Notes under the pieces: model-generated
The model's database searches: none
What the model saw: only the letters and a program-made list of their open reading frames with translations
Told to the model about the DNA's origin: nothing
Position numbers and translations under genes: made by a program
Assembly (NCBI GenBank): GCA_040954595.2
Contig: CM082595.2
Location: 1,800,635 to 1,864,634, forward strand
Direction of reading: 5' to 3'
Source of the DNA: Balanoglossus misakiensis
Lineage: Eukaryota > Animalia > Hemichordata
Length of the DNA stretch: 64,000 nt
Shown: piece after piece, positions 22,401-34,780 of the stretch
How the letters are laid out: the number at the start of each line of letters is the position of its first letter
Numbering within the stretch: position 1 is the first letter of the stretch

Positions 22401-24697
22401 TGTTGAGAATGTCAGAAATGGAAAGGTAAGTCACAACCTTCTGTCGCAGGATTTTAATGTATGTAGGAAAGTCTAGAATTCTTGGTGGTAGAAGGTACGT
22501 CCCTGGTTCGCGCAACATTGTGTTAATTGATTGTAATCCCCTGCCATCTCTCTCCTTTCAGGTGTTACTGGGACTGACAGATTCTGAATTAGAAACAGCT
22601 CTTGGTATCAGCAATGTGTTACATCGTAAAAAACTTCGACTTGCCATAGAGGAACATCGGGAGGATGTGGAATGGTGAGTGCCCTCTGGTGGTGAAATAT
22701 GGTAATCAAGGTTGATCTCAGTACACTTTGAAAGTTCAAGACAGAAACTTTGTCAATTCCAAATGTTCTTTCAAGAATCCCTCAGTCCATTCTATTCTTG
22801 TCTTTGACTTGAAAGTAATTCTCCTGTTTTGTCCCTCGAACAGTAAATACCCAAAAGCTGGTGAGATGGACCATGAATGGGTTTCAAGGGCTTGGCTGAA
22901 TGACCTCGGCTTGGGTCAACATTCAGTGATGTTTGAAGCACAGCTTGTTGATGGAAGAGTTCTCAACGTATTGACAAAGAAAGACTTGGACAAACATCTA
23001 AACATCACCAGAAAATTCCAACAAGCGAGTTTACTGCATGGCATTGAATTGCTTCGAAGATTGAACTTTAATAAAGAGGTAAGGTGACCTTTAGATGACC
23101 CCGTCACAGTCATGTTATTTCTTCAGATATTTTCATCAAAATGGAGGCGTTTATCTAATGGCCACCTCGTCACAGTGTTGCCATCATTTCATTCAAAACT
23201 CAACACCATCAATCACTCTTTCAGATCTTAGGTGAAAGGAGATCATCATGTGAAGATGTCGATGTGGATCCGTTGGTCTGGACCAATCACAGAGTCATTA
23301 AGTGGGCCAAGTCGATTGATCTCAAGGTAAGAATGCAAGACGTTTACTGATTGGCCAGAACACTTTACTGCTACTTGTAAAGACGTTTAAATTTGTGGTA
23401 CCTTCGTGTTCAGCATAGATAGGTTTCCAGGTTGGACAGGGTCTAGCGTAGACAGGTTTCACTGCAGCATATTTTGTTTATGGATTAATCTGATAAATCT
23501 CCTACCAACTTACACCCATAGGAGTATGCTGATAATTTATTAGACAGTGGAGTTCATGGTGCATTGTTAGTCTTGGAACCGTCTTTCAACTCGGATGCCA
23601 TGGCAGCAGCCTTGGGAATTCCAACGGCCAAAATCATCATCCGGCGACATCTTACAACTGAGATGAATGCGCTGATAACACCTGCCAGGTAAGATGATCA
23701 TTGTTACATAGTCTGAGCTCTTGCTGTGGTTTTAGATATAAGATGGAGTGTGTGCATAATGTTCCATTGATGCGATTAAAAAAATCACAGTGTGGACATG
23801 TATGTTCCCGCACATGAAATGGCATGAGATGATTTTAATTTCTTCGTTTTTTGTCTCTTCAGAGGAGTACTGGAGGCCACAGGGGTTTCATTGCTCGGCC
23901 ACAAGAAGAAAAGTTCCGGAGGTTCAGTTGGGAAATCCTTTGTGAGGTCATACAGAGGTGGTAACCATGGTAATCCGGAAGAGGAAAAGAAGAAGAGATA
24001 CAGTTTTAGGGTGAGTATTCATAACAGCGTTATTTAAGGAATGGATTTGTAGACCTGGGTTATTTCGTAAGGGTTATTCGAGATTCATTCCTGGAAAAGA
24101 TTTCCAGGATTAGTTCATTCCATCTGTTTCTAGAATTAGTTTATTCAAGGAATGGATTTGTAGAATGAGTTTTCCCAGAAAAGAAGATTTCTGAAATGTA
24201 TTCGTTCTAGGAATATAGGTCTCTGTGGGATTAGTTTGTTCCAGGAAAGGGTGTCATGCATACAAATTTGATGGCATTTGTCTGAAAGGACAACGGTCAT
24301 TAGAATGGGCTTCTACTTTTATTATCTTTCCATATATACATTGTAAACTTGTTGTAGGATTGAAACAAGGTGAGTGCAAACAAACAGACCTAAAATTCAA
24401 CATGGCCGCCACGCAGCTTATAAAAATGTGACTGAATAGTAGATATCACATCTTAAAGTTTATAGCACACTATGTCGGGGGCTCTGGCCCTTAAAATATT
24501 AAACTATGTATGCTTAACAAGTTGTTTGTTGTCAGATTCTCATCTAGATATTTTTGTTTGTTGAACTACAGGGTTCGTTGGGAAGAGCGCTGGGAAGAAA
24601 AGCCAGATATGATCTCGATAGGGGGACATTTGAACCAACACCAGAAGAAATGAAAAGAGCTAAGAGCCAAGAACTGACAGAAAGTGCTGCTGTTTAA
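7466..24697 (+). CDS. KAZN: Kazrin (coiled-coil + three SAM domains, liprin-related; ~828 aa)
   Basis: Exons 7466-7526, 19804-20039, 20236-20335, 20464-20670, 20928-21235, 21434-21716, 21850(or 21859)-22062, 22238-22425, 22562-22674, 22844-23078, 23225-23326, 23522-23688, 23863-24010, 24572-24697 are in frame. Motifs MVEENKQLAHRIDGSIQ, ELARAKEAL.AMK.DRKRLKGEK, KKKKKKK..FGSLSKVFGRGK, SAM repeats (W....VLAWLE, HRKKLRLAIEEHR, VWTNHRVIKW..SIDLKEYADNL..SGVHGA). First exon assignment is less certain than the rest. Confidence 0.93.
13322..13415. mobile_element. piggyBac-like TTAA MITE, copy 3 (best preserved; kazrin intron 1)
   Basis: TTAA|CCCTTTCACCACCA...TGGGGGTGAAAGGG|TTAA: 86-bp element, 14-bp TIR with one mismatch, CCC/GGG termini and TTAA duplication. 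Confidence 0.85.
16157..16200. repeat. Imperfect (CCAA/CCAG)n microsatellite
   Basis: ccaaccagccaaccatctgaccaaccgaccagccaaccagccag. Confidence 0.7.
20029..20202 (+). repeat. 41-bp minisatellite spanning kazrin exon 2 donor site
   Basis: Units of 41, 35, 41, 41 bp plus a partial: GTTCTATACAG|GTATGTTGATATTGACCAATGGCATTGTCC. Confidence 0.9.
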
Positions 24698-27600
24698 AAA
24701 TGCCAATAATACCTCTCATATTGTGAGTGATACAGCCCTAAAGTTTCATTATATACCCTTCCATAAAAATGGTATCACCCAACAAGGACATAGAAGCGAT
24801 TTTTTGAGTGCCAGATTGCACTGTTGTTTGTCATGTTGCTATGCTAAGATATTACATTGTATTGTCATGCATTTGTGAGCCAGTGTTGTGCATGTATACA
24901 ATGTAATGCTGTCGATTTAAAAATTATCATGGGGTTTGGATTGCTTCATAGTGATTGGTCACAAAGCAGGTGTAAGCTTCGCTTATATGCAAGCTTCATC
25001 GTGCTTCCCATAAAAAATTTCCCATTGATTAATTGTACCACTGGCATTATTTAGAGGGGTGAAAATCATTTAATAAGGGGCCACAATGTCCGGTGTACAT
25101 TACAAGAATGTTATGAAAGGTGTAAATGTATTTGTTGTGTATTGGCTGGACTGTACTATTTTTAGGAGAGAGGGTATGCCATTATTATGAAGATTGTGTG
25201 ACTGGCAGTCTTCAAGTTTCTCCTCCCCAGCACCATGTACATCCCTTTTTATCATAATGGAATGTTCCACTGTCATCATGACTGCCATATTTGCTTATAC
25301 ATATTCATAACTATTCCATAAAAGTATTAGAGAGATGCATTTTAATTATGAGAATATTGGAAATATATTTAGAATTTTTTGTACAGATAAGAGAGAGAGA
25401 TGAGAGTGATAGAAGATGTGTGGTTTGAAACAATGAACATTTTAATGTTTGAGATTTTTGTCTGTTATGGACCAAGTTTCACTGGAAGAAATAACCATAG
25501 CAACCATCAACTTGTGTTAGATGTTAGTGCTTTGGGTAGTATCATAAATATATATCACTGAATCGAGACCAAAGATTTATAAACTACTTTTATTTCTGTG
25601 CTTCATAGAGTACCTAAATCCCCAAGTAACATCTCACCCCAGAGTAACGTACATTGTGAGACCGTGGTGTCATATTTAAGGTAGTATGTGCTTGGGGACA
25701 AATTTTTCAGAAATTGTACTCCAAACCTTCCAATACTAATTTATTATTTTGGGCTAACTGACTAGCAATTAGCATATCTGTTGGTGTGAAAGAGCCAATT
25801 CCATGCAGTCCATTTCAGGTCAAAGTTCACCTACCAGTTCAAAGTTCACCTACGCCAAATTACAAAGTCAGAACATTTTGTTTGTAGTAACTCTGCCTTC
25901 TTTGCCAAATAATGGATTGGTGCTTGCACTTCACTTATTCATTCGTTAGGAACAGTTTCATCTGATCGATGTAATGATAGATTAATCAATTTATTTACTT
26001 GATGTTATATTTGTTTCCGTTAGCTGCCTTCATTTCACTTGACCGAAACCCTGAGTGGAATAATCATTTTCACCAACCAAAGCAGTGAAGTGATCATTTT
26101 CACTAGGGGAGAAAAACATATATAGGCTGGTCAGAACTTCTTCATGTTTTAGAAAATGTTGTGAACAAGAATGCTGAAAAATATGTCAGTGTACCACACA
26201 GCCTTTGAGAGGACAGAATGTTAGTATCTTTCATTTCTTACGATTCTCCTATCAAGAAAATTGTTGATGTAAAATAGTCATTATAGTTTTACAAATGTGT
26301 TGTAAATTTCTTTTCAATTTTACATTTTATTCTGATTGAATAGTTTGTGTGTCATTTGCTTCAACAGGGCTTCCATGTGACAAATGAGCTTTCATTTTTA
26401 GTAGGTTAGAAATCCTCCATTGTGATTGGTTGGTTAGTGTCACATGATTTTTTGTAGTCTAAGTTGTTAGGAAGAAGTTTACATTATCATTTGAAGGTTG
26501 GTCATTGTCATGGAAATACTTAGTGAATGTAACCAGATGAAGTACTATTGAATTTTCAAAATCACTGCATTGAAAGTGATTAGATGTATATAATTTTATT
26601 TTTTGTAGTAGCAACATGGAAGATTACGAGTCCTGTAATGCACAAAGTTTGTGATTTTTTTTTGTGTATGAGAGAGAAGGTAGAAGTAGCATGCAATGTT
26701 ACAAAATGGTAGTTGATGTGATCTTATTTATTCAGCTAGCAAATAATCATGTGATTTTTAACGACAAATCCTTTATCAGATGTACACTTTTGATCCAGAA
26801 CAGTCAATGAAACATCCTTAGTCATGTACTGTGTACACTATACATCATCAGCTGTTTGGCTGAGAGAGACAGTCCACATATACCACACACTAATCCACTT
26901 CACATCATGTGATCTTATACAGCCAATCATATTGTCTAAAAATCATGTGATCTTCTATTAAGCCAATAACATTTCATCTTTGAATTGATTCTATTCTTGT
27001 AACAATGATATACATTGATCATTGAATCTTCAGATGTTTTTCTTTTTCTTCTTGGGACAGGTGCCCAAGAAGCATGAAAATATATCATAATTTAAGATGT
27101 AATTTTACATATTTCATAAAAATGAAACCCAAATTTTGTTTTCGTGTAGCTGTTTGTCAGTAGGAATAAATGTCAGTAAAATTGATGATCTTTGTACTGG
27201 TCCAGTTTGTTGTTGCTTCAAACAGCAGTTTGCAGAAAATAAGGTTCAGAATCTCTTCAGTAAGGCCTCTGTCAAATTTGTATTATTGAATTTATTTGAG
27301 CCTTTTTATGATTCTTTCACTTTATTTTCAATAAATACACTGGTGTGTTTGTTTTGTTTGTTTCTCTTGAAACTATTGGTCATGTGTAAAGTTGCTGTAA
27401 TTTTTGACATATTTTTTTACCAAACGTTTTTATTCTTGATCAACTCCCAAAAGTTCTAAAGTTCTACTCCTTCCGAACAGAACAGCCAAGACTCGAAGAC
27501 AATGCCTAACTCTACATCCGATTTTAAGATGGCAGAAAAAAACAAATACAATATGTAACTAGTTTATGCACAGGAAAAAAAACTACTGCAAAAATAGTCA

Positions 27601-28170
27601 AAAGTTACAGCTGGAGTTGTCTTTCTTATATTACCCAGATCATGATGCTTAGCAAGATACGTATACATCCCAGTGATGGTTTCAGTTTTGAAATGAAAAT
27701 GACACTCTGGGAAAGAAAATGTGTGGTATTTTCCAAAGCTGATAGTTTTCAAAATGAATCTAGCTCTGTGAGCCCCCTCAAAGGCAATAAAGACAAAATA
27801 TCTAAGATTTCAGTATTAGACTGCCCTCAAGGGTGTAAGATTGAAAACCGTTTTTATATTATTTTTGGCAGTAATGCGATGCAATTGTTTTGGCACACAA
27901 TGATGTGAACTTTATCCCATAATTAATAATTATATTGATTCAAAATGTGTCCTGTTGGTAGTTTTTTTAATTTATATACAGAATTTCCATTGAGACAGAT
28001 AGAAATCAACATCATCTGACATCATCTTATTATTGGGTCATACAATATAGGTCATGCAGTGTAAATAGCAAGTAAAGTGTCGCCTAGTCTTCATTGATGG
28101 AAAATATCATTGTATAGGATTTGCCATGGTTTATCTGTATTGTATAATGTAATGTTTTAATTTTTTGCGA

Positions 28171-28176
28171 AATAAA
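28171..28176 (+). promoter_or_regulatory. Candidate distal poly(A) signal of kazrin
   Basis: AATAAA followed by T/GT-rich tract at the end of a long AT-rich 3' region; another AATAAA near 27330. Confidence 0.45.
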
Positions 28177-28297
28177 GATACATATCTATAATACTAATTG
28201 GCTTCTACTAATGTTTTCTTATGTGCAACCAATAACTCCTGCTAGTAGGGCCTATAAATTTTCATTTTGTCGCGAAATTCACAAAGTCCATTTTTTG

Positions 28298-31200
28298 CTG
28301 ATTTTCATGAGCTATAACCTATGGTTTTTATCAAAATGGCCAATTTTTGATGATTTTCATGAGCTATAACCCATGATTTTCATCAAAAGTCACCAAATTT
28401 TGAAAATTCGCAAAGTCGAAAAATTGTCATTCTGGGATGATTTTCATGAGCTATAACCCATGATTTTTTCAAAAAATCACCAAATTTTGAAAATTCGCAA
28501 AGTCGAAAAATTGTCATTCTGGGATGATTTTCATGAGCTATAACCCATGATTTTTTCAAAAAATCACCAAATTTTGAAAATTCGCAACGTCGAAAAATTG
28601 TCATTCTGGGATGATTTTCATGAGCTATAACCCATGATTTTTTCAAAAAATCACCAAATTTTGAAAATTCGCAAAGTCGAAAAATTGTCATTCTGGAATG
28701 ATTTTCATGAGCTATAAACCATGATTTTTTCAAAAAATCACCAAATTTTGAAAATTCGCAAAGTCGAAAAATTGTCATTCTGGGATGATTTTCATGAGCT
28801 ATAACCCATGATTTTTTCAAAAAATCACCAAATTTTGAAAATTCGCAAAGTCGAAAAATTGTCATTCTGGGATGATTTTCATGAGCTATAACCCATGATT
28901 TTTTCAAAAAATGACCAAATTTTGAAAATTCGCAAAGTCGAAAAATTGTCATTCTGGGATGATTTTCATGAGCTATAACCCATGGTTTTTCTCAAAAAAT
29001 CACCAAATTTCGAAAATCCGCAAAGTCGAAAAATTGTCATTTCTGGGTGATTTTCATGAGCTATAACCCATGGTTTTTCTCAAAAAATCACCAAATTTCG
29101 AAAATCCGCAAAGTCGAAAAATTGTCATTTCTGGGTGATTTTCATGAGCTATAACCCATGGTTTTTCTCAAAAAATCACCAAATTTCGAAAATCCGCAAA
29201 GTCGAAAAATTGTCATTTCTGGGTGATTTTCATGAGCTATAACCCATGGTTTTTCTCAAAAAATCACCAAATTTCGAAAATCCGCAAAGTCGAAAAATTG
29301 TCATTTCTGGGTGATTTTCATGAGCTATAACCCATGGTTTTTCTCAAAAAATCACCAAATTTCGAAAATCCGCAAACTCGAAAAATTGTCATTTCTGGGT
29401 GATTTCATGAGCTATAACCCATGGTTTTTCTCAAAAAATCACCAAATTTCGAAAATCCGCAAAGTCGAAAAATTGTCATTTCTGGGTGATTTTCATGAGC
29501 TACAACCCATGGTTTTTCTCAAAAAATCACCAAATTTCGAAAATCCGCAAAGTCGAAAAATTGTCATTTCTGGGTGATTTCATGAGCTATAACCCATGGT
29601 TTTTCTCAAAAAATCACCAAATTTCCAAAATCCGCAAAGTCGAAAAATTGTCATTTCTGGGTGATTTTCATGAGCTATAACCCATGGTTTTTCTCAAAAA
29701 ATCACCAAATTTCCAAAATCCGCAAAGTCGAAAAATTGTCATTTCTGGGTGATTTCATGAGCTATAACCCATGGTTTTTCTCAAAAACTCACCAAATTTC
29801 GAAAATCCGCAAAGTCGAAAAATTGTCATTTCTGGGTGATTTCATGAGCTATAACCCATGGTTTTTCTCAAAAAATCACCAAATTTCGAAAATCCGCAAA
29901 GTCGAAAAATTGTCATTTCTGGGTGATTTCATGAGCTATAACCCATGGTTTTTCTCAAAAAATCACCAAATATCGAAAATCCGCAAACTCGAAAAATTGT
30001 CATTTCTGGGTGATTTCATGAGCTATAACCCATGGTTTTTCTCAAAAAATCACCAAATTTCGAAAATCCGCAAAGTCGAAAAATTGTCATTTCTGGGTGA
30101 TTTCATGAGCTATAACCCATGGTTTTTCTCAAAAAATCACCAAATTTCGAAAATCCGCAAAGTCGAAAAATTGTCATTCTGGGATGATTTTCATGAGCTA
30201 TAACCCATGATTTTTCTCAAAAAATCACCAAATATCGAAAATCCGCAAAGTCGAAAAATTGTCATTTCTGGGTGATTTCATGAGCTATAACCCATGGTTT
30301 TTCTCAAAAAATCACCAAATTTCGAAAATCCGCAAAGTCGAAAAATTGTCATTCTGGGATGATTTTCATGAGCTATAACCCATGATTTTTCTCAAAAAAT
30401 CACCAAATTTCGAAAATCCGCAAAGTCGAAAAATTGTCATTCTGGGATGATTTTCATGAGCTATAACCCATGATTTTTCTCAAAAAATCACCAAATTTCG
30501 AAAATCCGCAAAGTCGAAAAATTGTCATTCTGGGATGATTTTCATGAGCTATAACCCATGATTTTTCTCAAAAAATCACCAAATTTCGAAAATCCGCAAA
30601 GTCGAAAAATTGTCATTCTGGGATGATTTTCATGAGCTATAACCCATGATTTTTCTCAAAAAATCACCAAATTTCGAAAATCCGCAAAGTCGAAAAATTG
30701 TCATTCTGGGATGATTTTCATGAGCTATAACCCATGATTTTTCTCAAAAAATCACCAAATTTCGAAAATCCGCAAAGTCGAAAAATTGTCATTCTGGGAT
30801 GATTTTCATGAGCTATAACCCATGATTTTTCTCAAAAAATCACCAAATTTCGAAAATCCGCAACGTCGAAAAATTGTCATTCTGGGATGATTTTCATGAG
30901 CTATAACCCATGATTTTTCTCAAAAAATCACCAAATTTCGAAAATCCGCAAAGTCGAAAAATTGTCATTCTGGGATGATTTTCATGAGCTATAACCCATG
31001 ATTTTTCTCAAAAAATCACCAAATTTCGAAAATCCGCAAAGTCGAAAAATTGTCATTCTGGGATGATTTTCATGAGCTATAACCCATGATTTTTCTCAAA
31101 AAATCACCAAATTTCGAAAATCCGCAAAGTCGAAAAATTGTCATTTCTGGGTGATTTCATGAGCTATAACCCATGGTTTTTCTCAAAAAATCACCAAATA

Positions 31201-34200
31201 TCGAAAATCCGCAAACTCGAAAAATTGTCATTTCTGGGTGATTTCATGAGCTATAACCCATGGTTTTTCTCAAAAAATCACCAAATTTCGAAAATCCGCA
31301 AAGTCGAAAAATTGTCATTTCTGGGTGATTTCATGAGCTATAACCCATGGTTTTTCTCAAAAAATCACCAAATTTCGAAAATCCGCAAAGTCGAAAAATT
31401 GTCATTCTGGGATGATTTTCATGAGCTATAACCCATGATTTTTCTCAAAAAATCACCAAATTTCGAAAATCCGCAAAGTCGAAAAATTGTCATTCTGGGA
31501 TGATTTTCATGAGCTATAACCCATGATTTTTCTCAAAAAATCACCAAATTTCGAAAATCCGCAAAGTCGAAAAATTGTCATTCTGGGATGATTTTCATGA
31601 GCTATAACCCATGATTTTTCTCAAAAAATCACCAAATTTCGAAAATCCGCAAAGTCGAAAAATTGTCATTCTGGGATGATTTTCATGAGCTATAACCAAT
31701 GATTTTTCTCAAAAAATCACCAAATTTCGAAAATCCGCAAAGTCGAAAAATTGTCATTCTGGGATGATTTTCATGAGCTATAACCCATGATTTTTCTCAA
31801 AAAATCACCAAATTTCGAAAATCCGCAAAGTCGAAAAATTGTCATTCTGGGATGATTTTCATGAGCTATAACCCATGATTTTTCTCAAAAAATCACCAAA
31901 TTTCGAAAATCCGCAAAGTCGAAAAATTGTCATTCTGGGATGATTTTCATGAGCTATAACCCATGATTTTTCTCAAAAAATCACCAAATTTCGAAAATCC
32001 GCAACGTCGAAAAATTGTCATTCTGGGATGATTTTCATGAGCTATAACCCATGATTTTTCTCAAAAAATCACCAAATTTCGAAAATCCGCAAAGTCGAAA
32101 AATTGTCATTCTGGGATGATTTTCATGAGCTATAACCCATGATTTTTCTCAAAAAATCACCAAATTTCGAAAATCCGCAAAGTCGAAAAATTGTCATTCT
32201 GGGATGATTTTCATGAGCTATAACCCATGATTTTTCTCAAAAAATCACCAAATTTCGAAAATCCGCAAATTCGAAAAATTGTCATTCTGGGATGATTTTC
32301 ATGAGCTATAACCCATGATTTTTCTCAAAAAATCACCAAATTTCGAAAATCCGCAACGTCGAAAAATTGTCATTCTGGGATGATTTTCATGAGCTATAAC
32401 CCATGATTTTTCTCAAAAAATCACCAAATTTCGAAAATCCGCAACGTCGAAAAATTGTCATTTCTGGGTGATTTTCATGAGCTATAACCCATGATTTTTC
32501 TCAAAAAATCACCAAATTTCGAAAATCCGCAAAGTTGAATAATTGTCATTCTGGGATGATTTTCATGAGCTATAACCCATGATTTTTCTCAAAAAATCAC
32601 CAAATTTCGAAAATCCTCAAAGTCGAAAAATTGTCATTCTGGGATAATTTTCATGAGCTATAACCCATGATTTTTCGCAAAAAATCACCAAATTTCGAAA
32701 ATCCGCAAAGTCGAAAAATTGTCATTCTGGGATGATTTTCATGAGCTATAACCCATGATTTTTCTCAAAAAATCACCAAATTTCGAAAATCCGCAACGTC
32801 GAAAAATTGTCATTCTGGGATGATTTTCATGAGCTATAACCCATGATTTTTCTCAAAAAATCACCAAATTTCGAAAATCCGCAAAGTCGAAAAATTGTCA
32901 TTCTGGGATGATTTTCATGAGCTATAACCCATGATTTTTCTCAAAAAATCACCAAATTTCGAAAATCCGCAAAGTCGAAAAATTGTCATTCTGGGATGAT
33001 TTTCATGAGCTATAACCCATGATTTTTCTCAAAAAATCACCAAATTTCGAAAATCCGCAAATTCGAAAAATTGTCATTCTGGGATGATTTTCATGAGCTA
33101 TAACCCATGATTTTTCTCAAAAAATCACCAAATTTCGAAAATCCGCAACGTCGAAAAATTGTCATTCTGGGATGATTTTCATGAGCTATAACCCATGATT
33201 TTTCTCAAAAAATCACCAAATTTCGAAAATCCGCAACGTCGAAAAATTGTCATTTCTGGGTGATTTTCATGAGCTATAACCCATGATTTTTCTCAAAAAA
33301 TCACCAAATTTCGAAAATCCGCAAAGTCGAAAAATTGTCATTCTGGGATGATTTTCATGAGCTATAACCCATGATTTTTCTCAAAAAATCACCAAATTTC
33401 GAAAATCCGCAAAGTCGAAAAATTGTCATTTCTGGGTGATTTCATGAGCTATAACCGATGGTTTTTCTCAAAAAATCACCAAATTTCGAAAATCCGCAAA
33501 GTCGAAAAATTGTCATTTCTGGGTGATTTCATGAGCTATAACCCATGGTTTTTCTCAAAAAATCACCAAATTTCGAAAATCCGCAAAGTCGAAAAATTGT
33601 CATTCTGGGATGATTTTCATGAGCTATAACCCATGATTTTTCTCAAAAAATCACCAAATTTCGAAAATCCGCAACGTCGAAAAATTGTCATTTCTGGGTG
33701 ATTTTCATGAGCTATAACCCATGATTTTTCTCAAAAAATCACCAAATTTCGAAAATCCGCAAAGTGGAAAAATTGTCATTCTGGGATGATTTTCATGAGC
33801 TATAACCCATGATTTTTCTCAAAAAATCACCAAATTTCGAAAATCCGCAAAGTCGAAAAATTGTCATTCTGGGATGATTTTCATGAGCTATAACCCATGA
33901 TTTTTCTCAAAAAATCACCAAATTTCGAAAATCCGCAAAGTCGAAAAATTGTCATTCTGGGATGATTTTCATGAGCTATAACCCATGATTTTTCTCAAAA
34001 AATCACCAAATTTCGAAAATCCGCAAAGTCGAAAAATTGTCATTCTGGGATGATTTTCATGAGCTATAACCCATGGTTTTTCTCAAAAAATCACCAAATT
34101 TCGAAAATCCGCAAAGTCGAAAAATTGTCATTTCTGGGTGATTTCATGAGCTATAACCCATGGTTTTTCTCAAAAAATCACCAAATTTCGAAAATCCGCA

Positions 34201-34780
34201 AAGTCGAAAAATTGTCATTTCTGGGTGATTTCATGAGCTATAACCCATGGTTTTTCTCAAAAAATCACCAAATTTCGAAAATCCGCAAAGTCGAAAAATT
34301 GTCATTCTGGGATGATTTTCATGAGCTATAACCCATGATTTTTCTCAAAAAATCACCAAATTTCGAAAATCCGCAAAGTCGAAAAATTGTCATTTCTGGG
34401 TGATTTTCATGAGCTATAACCCATGGTTTTTCTCAAAAAATCACCAAATTTCGAAAATCCGCAAAGTCGAAAAATTGTCATTTCTGGGTGATTTCATGAG
34501 ATATAACCCATGATTTTTCTCAAAAAATCACCAAATTTCGAAAATCCGCAACGTCGAAAAATTGTCATTTCTGGGTGATTTTCATGAGCTATAACCCATG
34601 ATTTTTCTCAAAAAATCACCAAATTTCGAAAATCCGCAAAGTCGAAAAATTGTCATTCTGGGATGATTTTCATGAGCTATAACCCATGATTTTTCTCAAA
34701 AAATCACCAAATTTCGAACATCCGCAAAGTCGAAAAATTGTCATTTCTGGGTGATTTTCATGAGCTATAACCCATGATTT
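28298..34780 (+). repeat. 87/88-bp tandem satellite, left arm (~73 units)
   Basis: Unit CATGAGCTATAACCCATG(A/G)TTTTTCTCAAAAAATCACCAAATTTCGAAAATCCGCAAAGTCGAAAAATTGTCATT(CTGGGA/TCTGGG)TGATTT(T); degenerate/truncated units at the left edge. Confidence 0.98.

Noticed and set aside
24277-25870. Possible TTAA-ended DNA-transposon relics (ending GGCCCTTAA at ~24493; starting TTAAGGTAGTATG at ~25676)
   Set aside because: No matching second TIR or second copy visible in the window.
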